Shown here: positions 15,757-24,701 of the stretch, in pieces
How the letters are laid out: each line of letters begins with the position of its first letter
Numbering within the stretch: the first letter of the stretch is position 1
From: a virus
Taxonomy: Duplodnaviria > Caudoviricetes
DNA length: 24,701 bases
Strand: one strand, 5' to 3'
IMG/VR virus record: IMGVR_UViG_3300033067_001926
Location: 1 to 24,701 of that record
Notes under the pieces: model-generated
Database searches by the model: none
What the model was told of the DNA's origin: nothing
What the model saw: the letters and a program-made list of their open reading frames with translations, nothing else
Program-made: the position numbers and the translations under genes

Positions 15757-15883
15757 GTGCCGGGCCCGGGTGTCTCGCCGACCGTGTCCACCTACCGGGG
15801 CGGTCCGCAGCTTGTACGCCAGATCCGGGGCCGGTGTGGTCCACAGGGGCCAGGCGGCAGGCGGCGTGTAGCATCCGCGGTCG

Positions 15884-18400
15884 ATGGTCGCCAAGAAGGT
15901 CTACAACGCATTCCCGACGCTCGCCGAGCTCCAGGCGCTGCCGCAGATCGCCCTCGTCGACCAGGTCTCGCCCGTTCCGACGCTGGGGGCCGGCACCGGC
16001 ACCGTGCTGGTCATCGGCGAGACCGAGCGCGGCGAGTTCACGCCCACCCAGATCTTCAGCGACAACGACTACACCGCCCGCTACGGCGGTTTCGGGTTCA
16101 CGACCAGCGAGGGCAAGTACAGCGGCATCATCGCCCTCAAGTCGGGCGGGTCGGAGCTCTGGAACGGCAACCTGCACATCTGGCGGACCGCCCTCAGCTT
16201 CGCCGCCCTCGTCGTCTGCCGGGTCGACAACTCCGCCGGGTCGGTCCAGTTCCGCCGCCTCGCGGCCAAGAAGGGCGGGACCGGGCCCTTCGACCTCGCG
16301 GCCAACGACGCGGTGACGTGGCGGCGCAACAACGCCGTGAACGTGACCGGGACCTTCCTGGCCAACAAGGCCGTGATCAACGCGACCGGCGGCACCTACC
16401 CGACCAACTTCGTCGGCGGCGAGACGCTGATCCTCAAGGTCGACGGCAACGTGCTCCCGCCGATCGTGATGACGGATCAGGAGCAGACCGAGGCCGAGGT
16501 CATCGCGCGGATCAACCTCGTGGCCGCCCTCACCATCGCATTCGACAACGCCGGCCAGATCAGCCTGCGGAGCGTAATCCAGGGTACCGCCGGCACCATC
16601 GAGATCCTCGGGGGCACCGCCGCCGCGACCCTCGGCTTCGTGACCGTCCCCATCGCCGACGTGTGGGACTGGTCCGTCGTCAATGCGCAGGTCGGCGACT
16701 ACACCCTGCGCATCACCCGGTACGTGGACGGGGTCCTCACCACCTACGACGCGGAGTACACCAGCGCGGACGCCATCGAGGCGAACCTGCGCAACGGCCT
16801 GCTCGCGGCCTTCGCCGCGCTGGATCCGCCCGTCCCCGGCATCACGATCGCGTCGCAGGGCGGCACCGGCATCAAGGCGACCGGCGACGCCAACGTGCTC
16901 TTCACCGCCAGCGTGTTCCTGCAGGTCACCCCCGGCGACATCACGGTCACCCACACGACCAGCGGCAAGGTCACCTACGACCAAGGGGACGGCAACGTGG
17001 CCAACATCGACGCCGTGGAGGCCTCCGAGGCCGCGGCGATCTTCGATGCGCTCGCGGGCGTCGGGTCCTACGTTGACTCGGACGGCTACCTGTGGGTCAC
17101 CGAGAACGCCACGCCGGGCACGGGCACGCTGCAGGCCTTCGCGGGGGTGTACGAACTGCTCGGCTTCGACGGGGCCATCTCCTCTGCCGCTGCGGGCCTC
17201 GAGCGGGTCATCCCCGCCGGCACCCGGGTCAAGGACAGCACGACCGACACCGTGTGGGTCACCCTGCAGGACGTCACGACCGACACCGGCGGCGGTCCCT
17301 TCGACGCGAAGGTCCGCCCGTGGGTCGACGATGACACCGCCCTCGGGAGCGCCCCGGCGCAGGTCGACGTCATCGTCGACACCAACTTGCCCGACGCGTT
17401 CGCGGTCACCAACTCGGGGTCCATCACCCGCCTCAGCGCCGGCACCCTCGATGTCCGGTACCGCGAAGCCCTGCTGCGCACGCTGGGCAAGAACGGCCCC
17501 GCGGCCAACGCCAACATCGTGGTCTCCGCCCGGAGCTCCGCCAACATCGGCAGCTTCCTCCGCGACAACGCCATCGCCGCGACCGCGGCCGGCCTCGTCT
17601 GCCGCAAGACCATCTACGCCCCGCCGATCGGCACGACCCGTGAGGTCGCCAAGGGCGACACCGGCGTCGGCGTCGGCAAGGTCGGCCGCAACGACCGCCT
17701 CTGCTACTGCTTCCCCGGCCACAAGGCGCTCATCCCGGAGATCCTCGAGCTCGGGGTCGGCGGCGGTCAGGGCTTCAACGACGCCGGCCTCGTCGAGCGC
17801 CACAGCGACGGCATCATGGCGATGATCCGCTCGAAGATCCCGCCGGAGCGCTCCGCGGGCGAGGCCCAGAAGTACACCAACGTCGGCGCCCTCACCATGA
17901 TCGTCGCCCTCGAGGACGCGTACGACCCCGAGGTCGGCGGCATCGACCTCGTGGACGCGGACTACGTCGATTTCCAAGCCAAGGGCATCGCGGCCCTCCG
18001 CTACTCGAACCCCAACGGCTGGGAGATCGAGAGCGACGTGTCCAGCGTCGACCCGTCCGCCGACCCGGCCCGCCGCGACAACAACCGCCGGTACTTCGCC
18101 GACTTCCTGATCGACAGCCTCTACAGCGTGGCCGCCCCGTACAAGGACCGGCTCAACACGCCGCGCGAGCGGGCGAGTCTCGAGGACCAGCTCAACGGCT
18201 TTCTCGACACGCTGCAGGCGCCCACCCAGCCCGAGCGCTCGCGCCTCGACAGCTACAACGTCAAGTACGACAGTACGCCGGCGCAGGAAGCCGCCGGCAT
18301 CCCGATCTGGAACGTGCGCGCCAAGATGTACGCGCTGATGAAGTCCATCGTCCTGCTGATCGAAGCCGGACCCGCGGTCAAGATCACCGACGCTGCATAA
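15884..18400 (+). CDS. Contractile tail sheath protein, 838 aa
   Basis: N-terminal GTVLVIGETERG...PTQIFS...YGG and C-terminal 'NNRRYFADFLIDSL' are sheath-like; followed by a tube-sized gene. Confidence 0.9.
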   Translation: MVAKKVYNAFPTLAELQALPQIALVDQVSPVPTLGAGTGTVLVIGETERGEFTPTQIFSDNDYTARYGGFGFTTSEGKYSGIIALKSGGSELWNGNLHIWRTALSFAALVVCRVDNSAGSVQFRRLAAKKGGTGPFDLAANDAVTWRRNNAVNVTGTFLANKAVINATGGTYPTNFVGGETLILKVDGNVLPPIVMTDQEQTEAEVIARINLVAALTIAFDNAGQISLRSVIQGTAGTIEILGGTAAATLGFVTVPIADVWDWSVVNAQVGDYTLRITRYVDGVLTTYDAEYTSADAIEANLRNGLLAAFAALDPPVPGITIASQGGTGIKATGDANVLFTASVFLQVTPGDITVTHTTSGKVTYDQGDGNVANIDAVEASEAAAIFDALAGVGSYVDSDGYLWVTENATPGTGTLQAFAGVYELLGFDGAISSAAAGLERVIPAGTRVKDSTTDTVWVTLQDVTTDTGGGPFDAKVRPWVDDDTALGSAPAQVDVIVDTNLPDAFAVTNSGSITRLSAGTLDVRYREALLRTLGKNGPAANANIVVSARSSANIGSFLRDNAIAATAAGLVCRKTIYAPPIGTTREVAKGDTGVGVGKVGRNDRLCYCFPGHKALIPEILELGVGGGQGFNDAGLVERHSDGIMAMIRSKIPPERSAGEAQKYTNVGALTMIVALEDAYDPEVGGIDLVDADYVDFQAKGIAALRYSNPNGWEIESDVSSVDPSADPARRDNNRRYFADFLIDSLYSVAAPYKDRLNTPRERASLEDQLNGFLDTLQAPTQPERSRLDSYNVKYDSTPAQEAAGIPIWNVRAKMYALMKSIVLLIEAGPAVKITDAA

Positions 18401-18418
18401 CCGGAGCCGGAGACACCC

Positions 18419-18853
18419 ATGTTCGAGCGTATTACAGGACAGGACATCGCCGTTCGGATCATCCGGGACGGCGTGCTGCAGAACGAGATCACGACCATCA
18501 AGTCCGTGAACCTCGTCTTCGAGATGGCCCGCTCCGAGGAGGACTACATCGGCGAGACGTCGATGCGGTACGACTCCAAGTTCAACGGTTTGGCCGTCAA
18601 GATGGAGCTTCACAGCGAGAACAAGCAGGGGCTCCTGCTCATCCAGGCGATCGTCTTGAAGGCGCAGCGCCGTGCCGGTGGCGCGGTCCGCATCGACATC
18701 GCCTGCTCGCTCCTGTGGCCGAACGGCGACAAGCTGTCGCTCATGGCCAAGGACGTCGCCTTCGCTGACCTCCCGTTCGGCTTCGATGGCCGGAAGGAGT
18801 TCGGCAAGATCGAGCTCGACGGCAAGTGCTCCGAGTTCACGTTGAAGCCGTGA
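18419..18853 (+). CDS. Tail tube protein, 144 aa
   Basis: Size, alternating beta pattern and position after the sheath; GGAG SD. Confidence 0.85.
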   Translation: MFERITGQDIAVRIIRDGVLQNEITTIKSVNLVFEMARSEEDYIGETSMRYDSKFNGLAVKMELHSENKQGLLLIQAIVLKAQRRAGGAVRIDIACSLLWPNGDKLSLMAKDVAFADLPFGFDGRKEFGKIELDGKCSEFTLKP

Positions 18854-18878
18854 GAGCGGCACAGAAGAGGGGAACACC

Positions 18879-19370
18879 ATGAGTCAGGTACAGATCGATC
18901 CACAGACGGGCATGCCGTACGTGTCGCCGGGCAGCGCGGCTGCGGCGGCGGCCATGCCCATCCAACCGGCCATCACCGGCGCCCCGCAGGACTACGTCGT
19001 CCAGCGCGAGCACTACATCTTCACGCTACCGGTGGAGGTCCTCCCGGGCAACTGGAAGCGTCCGGACGCGGACCGCACCTTCGCCCTGACCCCGCTGTCG
19101 GTGGCCGAGGAAGAGGGCGGCATGAAGGCGATGATGGCCAACGGCGGCGACACCCCGGACCCCACGGCCGTCAGCCGTCACTGGCTCCTCGCCTCCATCT
19201 ACGCGATCGGCGGCAAGTACACCGGCCGCAACTACGACACGATCACCCAGTACCTCGAGGACATCGGCCCGAAGGGTCGCAAGGGCCTCGACAAGGCCTT
19301 CCAGCACCTGCACAGCATCTCCGCCAAGCAGGGGGAAGACATCATCGCCAGCATGCAGCGCCGGGGCTGA
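18879..19370 (+). CDS. Tail assembly chaperone (lambda gpG analogue), 163 aa
   Basis: Between tube and tape measure; GAGGGG SD; 'LTPLSVAEE' segment. Confidence 0.75.
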   Translation: MSQVQIDPQTGMPYVSPGSAAAAAAMPIQPAITGAPQDYVVQREHYIFTLPVEVLPGNWKRPDADRTFALTPLSVAEEEGGMKAMMANGGDTPDPTAVSRHWLLASIYAIGGKYTGRNYDTITQYLEDIGPKGRKGLDKAFQHLHSISAKQGEDIIASMQRRG

Positions 19371-19642
19371 GCGATGCACAGCGCCGCCGGCTCCCGTCAG
19401 TAAGGGAGGATGCCGCCAAGTTCATCGCCAGCCGTTCTGTCGACTACGAGGCGATCCTCGAGGAACACCTGATGACCGTCATGTGGCTCGCGGTGAACAG
19501 CAACGGCAGCATCCCCTACGAGACGGCCATGTCGTGGCCGTATTGGAAGGTCGCCTCGCGCTGTCGCCACCGGACCATCTGGCTTGAGCGCGAGGAGAAG
19601 GCCACCGAGGACGCCATCGCGGCATCGAGGCGCGGGCGATGA
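19331..19642 (+). CDS. -1 frame extension of the tail assembly chaperone (gpGT analogue)
   Basis: Open -1 frame from GGGGGAA (19331-19337) to TGA 19640-19642, which overlaps the tape measure ATG; encodes ...DAAKFIASRSVDYEAILEEHLMTVMWLAVNSNGSIPYETAMSWPYWK... Confidence 0.7.
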   Translation, partial: GGRHHRQHAAPGLSDAQRRRLPSVREDAAKFIASRSVDYEAILEEHLMTVMWLAVNSNGSIPYETAMSWPYWKVASRCRHRTIWLEREEKATEDAIAASRRGR

Positions 19643-21825
19643 CGGTCTCGACGATCTACAAGCTGGCCGCGGAGATGTCGACGCGGGGAAACCTCCCCGC
19701 CGGCGTCCTCGCGGCCAACAAGCAGCTCAAGCAGATGCAGTCGAATCTCGGCGGCATCTCGGCGAGCGTCGCGGGCCTCGGGCGCAGCATCGGCGGGAGC
19801 GCGTTTCAGACGGCGGCGGCGATCGGCAAGGGGGCGGGTGGGGCCGGGACCATCGCGGCCGGCGCCGCTGCGGGGATGATGGCCAAGTCGGGGCTATCGG
19901 CGAACGCCAACCTCGAGCGGATGACCAACACCATCGCCGGCACCCTGCAGCTGTTCAACCACAGCGCCGGGGCGGCCGACCAGCTGGGCACGAACGTCAA
20001 GGTCGCCGGGCAGGCCATGCGGGACCTCAACCGTATCGCCAACCAGTCCCCCGGCGAGCTCGACGACGTCAGCAAGATGTTCGAGAACATGTTGCCCGGT
20101 GCCCGAGGCGTCACCGGCGACATGCAGCGGATCATGAAGCTGACGCAGAACCTCGCCCTGTTCACGCCCACGCTGACCGGCGGCGACTTTCTGACCTCGG
20201 GTTCGCAGATGGGCCGCATCCTCGCGGGCTCGGCGGGCGCCGAGATGGACACGTGGAAGAAGCTGCAGCCGGTGATCTTGAAGCTTGGGCAGGACGCCAA
20301 GATCTTCAACAAGAACATGCAGGCGGACGACAAGCTGACGATGGCCTTCAACAAGCTGACCGGCGAGGACCGGATGAAGCTGATCGAAAAGGCCTTCTCG
20401 CAGGGCGGCGACGAGCTTGCGAAGATGTACGCCAACTCGTGGGAGGGCGCATCGGCGTCAGCGATCAGTGCGGTGAAGCAGGTCCGCAACGCCATGACGG
20501 CGCCGATCTTCAACAAGGTGAAGGAGGCCCTGTCCCGGCACTCGAGCGACAAAAACTCTCTGCTCGGCGAGAGCCGGGTGGAGAAGATGATCCAGACCGC
20601 CGGCCAGATCGGCGCGCTGATGGCGATGCCCGTCGAGCGCCTGCTCTCCCGTGTCGCATCCATGGCGCGGTACCTCCAAGAGAACACCCGCACCGTCGTC
20701 AACCGCATCTATCAGGGCTTCCAGGTCGCGGGCGCGATCCTCCGAGGCGCAGCGGCCTACCTGCTCACGCGGATGATGATCGGCGCGGGCCTCATCGCGG
20801 CTGCCACGGCGGCGAAGGTCGGCGGGGCCGCGGTCAAGGGCGTGCGCGGGGCCTACGACATGACGAGCCGGGGGATCCAGGGCATCAAGAACACGACCAA
20901 GGCCGTCCGCGGCTTCATGGACGGGTTCAAGGGCCAGTCCGCCATCACCCGCGCCATGGGCCTCGTCACCACGCTGGGCAAGATCGGGTCCGTCATGGGC
21001 GTCGTCGTCCCGATGATCGCCATCGCAGGGGCCGCGTTCGCCCTGCTCTCGATCCCCCTGCTCGCCGCGGCCGGCATCGCGGCCTACGTCGCCAGCAAGT
21101 GGGACGAGCTCTCCGCGTCGGTCGTGAAGGGCTTGCAGGATGGCACGATCACCCTGCGCCCGCTCATCGTCGCGGCCCTCGTCTTCTGGGAGCGGCTCAA
21201 GAAGATCGGCGAGGCCTTCATCGGTGGCCAGGACGGTGCGACCATGATGCAGAAGGCGATCAACATGGCGACCAGCGTGGTCAACGGGCTCTCGGAGGGC
21301 GTCGCCATCATGGCCCGAGTCGCGGCGGGAATGCTGACGATCATCGGCAAGCTGATGAACGCGTGGGATGCGGCGTTCGGCGAGACCGATATGGATCGCA
21401 TGGTCAAGCGGATGAAGGTGTTGACCAGCGAGGGGAGTTCTGTCGAGGAGGCCAAGGCGAGGGCTATGGCTGAGTATAAAAATGGTTTCCTCGCGCGGCC
21501 GCATTCCATGGGTGACGACGCGATCGAGTTGGCGGACAAGCTTAGCGCCGCTGCAAAGTCATGGCGGGCCGTCGACATGTCGAGCATCAGCGAGAGCATG
21601 ATCTCGTCCTGGACGGAGACAGCGACGACGTACATCAAAGACCTGTTCGGTCCCAGCCCGAAGCCGCCGAAGCGCCCGACCGTCCACATCCAGAACCAGT
21701 GGGTGACCGTCGACCTCCGCGGTGAGGACCCTGACCGGTCCTTCTCGGCCTTTCTCAAGCCGCTCGAGAACCTCGCCAAGTACCCGACCAGCGCGGCGAC
21801 CGACACCGTGGGAGGCATGGGCTGA
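19639..21825 (+). CDS. Tail tape measure protein, 728 aa
   Basis: A/G/M/K-rich helical protein with hydrophobic segments, following the chaperones. Confidence 0.88.
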   Translation: MTVSTIYKLAAEMSTRGNLPAGVLAANKQLKQMQSNLGGISASVAGLGRSIGGSAFQTAAAIGKGAGGAGTIAAGAAAGMMAKSGLSANANLERMTNTIAGTLQLFNHSAGAADQLGTNVKVAGQAMRDLNRIANQSPGELDDVSKMFENMLPGARGVTGDMQRIMKLTQNLALFTPTLTGGDFLTSGSQMGRILAGSAGAEMDTWKKLQPVILKLGQDAKIFNKNMQADDKLTMAFNKLTGEDRMKLIEKAFSQGGDELAKMYANSWEGASASAISAVKQVRNAMTAPIFNKVKEALSRHSSDKNSLLGESRVEKMIQTAGQIGALMAMPVERLLSRVASMARYLQENTRTVVNRIYQGFQVAGAILRGAAAYLLTRMMIGAGLIAAATAAKVGGAAVKGVRGAYDMTSRGIQGIKNTTKAVRGFMDGFKGQSAITRAMGLVTTLGKIGSVMGVVVPMIAIAGAAFALLSIPLLAAAGIAAYVASKWDELSASVVKGLQDGTITLRPLIVAALVFWERLKKIGEAFIGGQDGATMMQKAINMATSVVNGLSEGVAIMARVAAGMLTIIGKLMNAWDAAFGETDMDRMVKRMKVLTSEGSSVEEAKARAMAEYKNGFLARPHSMGDDAIELADKLSAAAKSWRAVDMSSISESMISSWTETATTYIKDLFGPSPKPPKRPTVHIQNQWVTVDLRGEDPDRSFSAFLKPLENLAKYPTSAATDTVGGMG

Positions 21826-22961
21826 TGGCCTTCCCGTTCGTCATCGCGGAGACCAACGGCGCCAAGCGGACGATCATCCTCCGCGGGCGGAGCCTGCCCC
21901 GGCAGCCGATCGTCTTCGGCGGCGAGATGGCCGTGGCCATCGACTACTTCGCAGGCAACCCGGTCGCGTATGCGCAGGTGATCGGCCCGCGGTACCTGCC
22001 GACCGACGCGTCCGGCGAGTGGAACGACATCTTCCTCTACGAGGACCAGAACGCGCCGATCTTGCTCGGCTTCCCGCCGATCTCCACGGCCGGCAAGCCG
22101 CAGCCGCTGACAGGCGGGGGCGTCGCAGGCGGGGCGACCTTCACCAGTGGGGGCGCGACCGCCGGCGCACAGTCGGCCTACCTCGCGCGGACGGCCCGAG
22201 ACGCCATGGAGCTCATCCGCCGGTCGGGCGCTCTGCTCCGTGTGGAGTGGGGGTCCATCGTCCGGTACGGCTTCCTGACGCGGGCCATGTTCCCGCACAA
22301 GCGCGAGCAGGACATCGGCTTCGAGCTCGAGTTCCAGTGGATCGGCGACACCGACGCGCAGCCGATCGCGGTGCCGAAGCAGGCGAACATCCTCGGCTTC
22401 CTCAAGGGCCTCAACGCGCTCCTATCGGCCCTGCTCAACGCGCTCCTGTCGGCCGACTACCTGATCAACGAGTTCTTCAAGGGCTTCACCGGCCCGATCT
22501 CCGCGCTGATCAACCTGCTCTCCGGCATCACCGAGACGCTCTCCAAGATGCTGTCGCAGACCTTGAACCCGTTCGACATCGTGGCCAGCATCCGGGCCGC
22601 GGCGATCGGGCTGAAGCTTGCGGTGATGGACCTGATCGCCCTGTTCGACCGCAACCGGGCGGCGCTCAAGGGCCGGGACAACGCCACGGCGCAGGCCTTC
22701 CTCGCGGCGGCAGAGGAGGAGGCCCGGCGGCTCCTGCTCGAGCTCGCCTTCCTGTGCGCGGACCGGGAGCGGGAGCTCGAGGCCTTCGTCCAGAAGCAGG
22801 TCAAGGCGACCCATGTCGTCCAGAGCGGCCAGAACCTCCGGGGCATCTCGCTGCTGTACTACGGGCGCTCCGAGAACTGGACCGACATCGCGGACTTCAA
22901 CGGCCTCTCCGGGTCGCTCGTCACCCCAGGGCGGATGCTGCGGATCCCGAAGCTGGTCTGA
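21825..22961 (+). CDS. Baseplate / tail-tube initiator protein with C-terminal LysM domain, 378 aa
   Basis: THVVQSGQNLRGISLLYYG...WTDIADFNGL...PGRMLRIP is LysM-like; TGATG coupled to tape measure. Confidence 0.85.
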   Translation: MAFPFVIAETNGAKRTIILRGRSLPRQPIVFGGEMAVAIDYFAGNPVAYAQVIGPRYLPTDASGEWNDIFLYEDQNAPILLGFPPISTAGKPQPLTGGGVAGGATFTSGGATAGAQSAYLARTARDAMELIRRSGALLRVEWGSIVRYGFLTRAMFPHKREQDIGFELEFQWIGDTDAQPIAVPKQANILGFLKGLNALLSALLNALLSADYLINEFFKGFTGPISALINLLSGITETLSKMLSQTLNPFDIVASIRAAAIGLKLAVMDLIALFDRNRAALKGRDNATAQAFLAAAEEEARRLLLELAFLCADRERELEAFVQKQVKATHVVQSGQNLRGISLLYYGRSENWTDIADFNGLSGSLVTPGRMLRIPKLV

Positions 22962-22978
22962 CCGTGTAGCCTCCCTGC

Positions 22979-24604
22979 ATGCCGGCCGTCCGCTACCCCG
23001 CCGCGAAGATCCGCATCCAGGTCAACTTCGAGGACTTCAAGGCGACCCCGTACCTGCCGCCGCTCATCCCGCCGAAGCCAAACACTGGGCCCGAGGCCTT
23101 CTCGCTGGGCGTCCCGCACGACGTCCCGATCGGCACGTTCAAGTCGGTGGGTTTCGACATCGTCCCGCTCAACTTCACGGTCGAGCGCAACTCGCCGCGC
23201 AAGGCCGACACGTGCAAGTGCGAGATCCTGTACAGCCAGCTGCCCTTCAACCCGAGCATCATCAAGGCCGCGACGATCCAAGTGTTCGCCGGCATGGTGA
23301 GCTCCGAGGACTTCGCCAGCGCGTGCGGGCCGACCGGCGCACAGGGTCTGTTGCTGCCCGATGTCGTCCCGAGCGGGTGGCCGTTCGCGGGCCGGTCTAA
23401 CGAGATCTTCCGCGGGTTCATCGACGACTGGGACCCGGTCTACGACAGCACCGAGCGCATCGAGATCACGGCCCGCGACACGACCGGGTTCCTCATCGAC
23501 ATGGAGGCGCCCGAGAACATCCTGCGCCGGCTGCCAGCGGACACGCCGCTCGACAAGGCCATCAAGTACATCCTCTTCGGCGACGGGATTACGTACTTCG
23601 GGCTGCAGGGCATGCGCGGGCTCGAGGTCGTGGTCGAGAGCAAGCGGGACATGCCAACGCTGCAAGAGTTCAAGTCGCCGCAGTGGATGACCGCCAAGAA
23701 GAAGACGGTCAAGCCGCCGAAGAAGCTCCCGAAGGTCGGGCGTCAGAAGGTCTGGGACATGATCACGGACCTCTGCGTCGCCGCGGGGTTCAAGGCCTTC
23801 ATCCGTCCGGGTCGCACGGCGGTGAACATCCCCGGCATCGGCATGGCGCTGCCGGCCGCGGAGCTCGTCATCCTCGATCCGGCTACCTACTACGGGTCCA
23901 GCAAGGAGCCGATCCGGACCTTCGCCCGGGGGCGCAACTGCAAGCGGGGCCGGGTCCACAAGCAGCTCGGCGGGGTGCCGGTGCCGTTCATCCAGGTGCG
24001 CGCGTGGGACTCCGTCGCCGGCAAGCAGTTGATCGGGTACTGGCCCCCGAAGGCCTACCAGAAGAAGAACGTCAACATCGTGACCCCGTCCGGCGAGGGC
24101 AGCCACGGGTCCGCGAAGACGTATCAGGTCGACGACATCTCGGGGCCGCGGGCGCAGGAGATCCTCGACGCCATCGCCTACAGCTACTACGAGCAGACGG
24201 CGCGCGGAGAGTACACCGTCGAGATCAACACGAGCATCGCCGCCGGCATCCCGCTGCAGGACAACGACGAGACGGGCGCCGACATCTTCTACCTGCTGCC
24301 CTCTGACCCGATCCGGTACATCGCGGATCCGGCGGTGCCCGAGCTCGGGCAGGTCAGCCTGTCGACGCAGATCGCGGCGATGGGCGTGCCGGAGCTCCAA
24401 CAGCAGATGGTGTCAGGCGGCATCATCTCGGCCCCGATCGCATACCGAGCGGCGCTGGCGACGGTGAACCCGGCATGCCAGACCGACTTCTACACGCAGG
24501 ACGTGATCATCGGCTGGGATGCGCAGCGGGGCTTCGAGTTCACGATCCGAGCGCAGAACTACCTCGACGCGCGCTGGTCCATCGAAGCCGTGCTGGCCAA
24601 ATAG
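22979..24604 (+). CDS. Baseplate hub protein (P2 gpD / Mu gp44 / T4 gp27-like), 541 aa
   Basis: Position after the LysM gene; 'IFRGFIDD...IEITARDTTGFLID' matches the hub pattern F.G.ID....I..RD...L.D. Confidence 0.8.
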   Translation: MPAVRYPAAKIRIQVNFEDFKATPYLPPLIPPKPNTGPEAFSLGVPHDVPIGTFKSVGFDIVPLNFTVERNSPRKADTCKCEILYSQLPFNPSIIKAATIQVFAGMVSSEDFASACGPTGAQGLLLPDVVPSGWPFAGRSNEIFRGFIDDWDPVYDSTERIEITARDTTGFLIDMEAPENILRRLPADTPLDKAIKYILFGDGITYFGLQGMRGLEVVVESKRDMPTLQEFKSPQWMTAKKKTVKPPKKLPKVGRQKVWDMITDLCVAAGFKAFIRPGRTAVNIPGIGMALPAAELVILDPATYYGSSKEPIRTFARGRNCKRGRVHKQLGGVPVPFIQVRAWDSVAGKQLIGYWPPKAYQKKNVNIVTPSGEGSHGSAKTYQVDDISGPRAQEILDAIAYSYYEQTARGEYTVEINTSIAAGIPLQDNDETGADIFYLLPSDPIRYIADPAVPELGQVSLSTQIAAMGVPELQQQMVSGGIISAPIAYRAALATVNPACQTDFYTQDVIIGWDAQRGFEFTIRAQNYLDARWSIEAVLAK

Positions 24605-24606
24605 GT

Positions 24607-24640
24607 GGGGCCGGAGCCGTTGTCTGGACGCTCCGGCCCC
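24607..24640 (+). terminator. Strong hairpin after the hub gene (terminator or mRNA-stabilising stem; no U-tract)
   Basis: Perfect 11-bp inverted repeat GGGGCCGGAGC / GCTCCGGCCCC starting 3 nt after the stop. Confidence 0.55.
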
Positions 24641-24701
24641 GAGGTGTGCACTTCGCCGGTCTGGGCCTCTGCCGGGTGTGCTGCGGGTGTTTGGCTGGGC
24701 C

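Larger units (their letters stand above)
1..24701 (+). mobile_element. Head-neck-contractile tail module of a tailed phage/prophage (Caudoviricetes, myovirus morphology)
   Basis: Canonical synteny portal-MuF-scaffold-capsid-neck-sheath-tube-chaperone-tape measure-LysM-hub; many ATGA/TGATG overlaps. No integrase, att sites or host genes in the window, so prophage versus free phage is unresolved. Confidence 0.93.

Noticed and set aside
15599-18880. 1093-aa minus-strand ORF, and similar ones at 983-2803, 7445-8926, 8832-10127, 22859-24400
   Set aside because: In-register antisense shadows of strongly GC3-biased + strand genes; no independent motifs.
149-21473. Long Arg/Pro/Gly-rich alternative-frame ORFs (149-1108, 4736-6214, 15757-17076, 19584-21473)
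   Set aside because: Typical off-frame products of high-GC DNA overlapping better-supported genes.
21440-21570. AT-richer patch (GAGTATAAAAAT) inside the tape measure gene as an internal promoter or insertion
   Set aside because: Frame intact, no adjacent start or flanking repeats; insufficient support.
15884-24604. Stand-alone contractile injection system (eCIS, tailocin or T6SS)
   Set aside because: Portal, scaffold, capsid and neck genes are linked upstream, so this is a phage tail.
1-24701. CRISPR array, diversity-generating retroelement, intein/intron, integrase or invertase
   Set aside because: No regularly spaced repeats, template/variable repeat pair, or RT, recombinase or splice-junction motifs seen by eye.

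Overview
High-GC (roughly 70% by eye) window that is almost entirely the virion morphogenesis module of a contractile-tailed (myovirus-type) phage or prophage. Order on +: unusual 606-aa gene, portal, MuF/SPP1-gp7-like head morphogenesis protein, scaffold, major capsid, head accessory and neck genes, an embedded putative lysis cassette (signal-peptide transglycosylase-like endolysin and a small 2-TM holin-like ORF), HK97-gp10-like and tail-completion genes, a long sheath, tube, tail assembly chaperone with an apparent -1 frameshift extension, tape measure, LysM baseplate protein and baseplate hub. Minus-strand genes interrupt the module at three places, including a lipoprotein and a multi-HTH protein. 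The most striking non-coding signal is a TAnnnT (-10-like) hexamer 5-9 nt upstream of about ten start codons that lack Shine-Dalgarno sites, including a 17-bp exact repeat and one palindromic site serving two back-to-back genes. This suggests gene-by-gene leaderless transcription. All product calls rest on motifs read by eye and on gene order; no database search was run and the host is unidentified.
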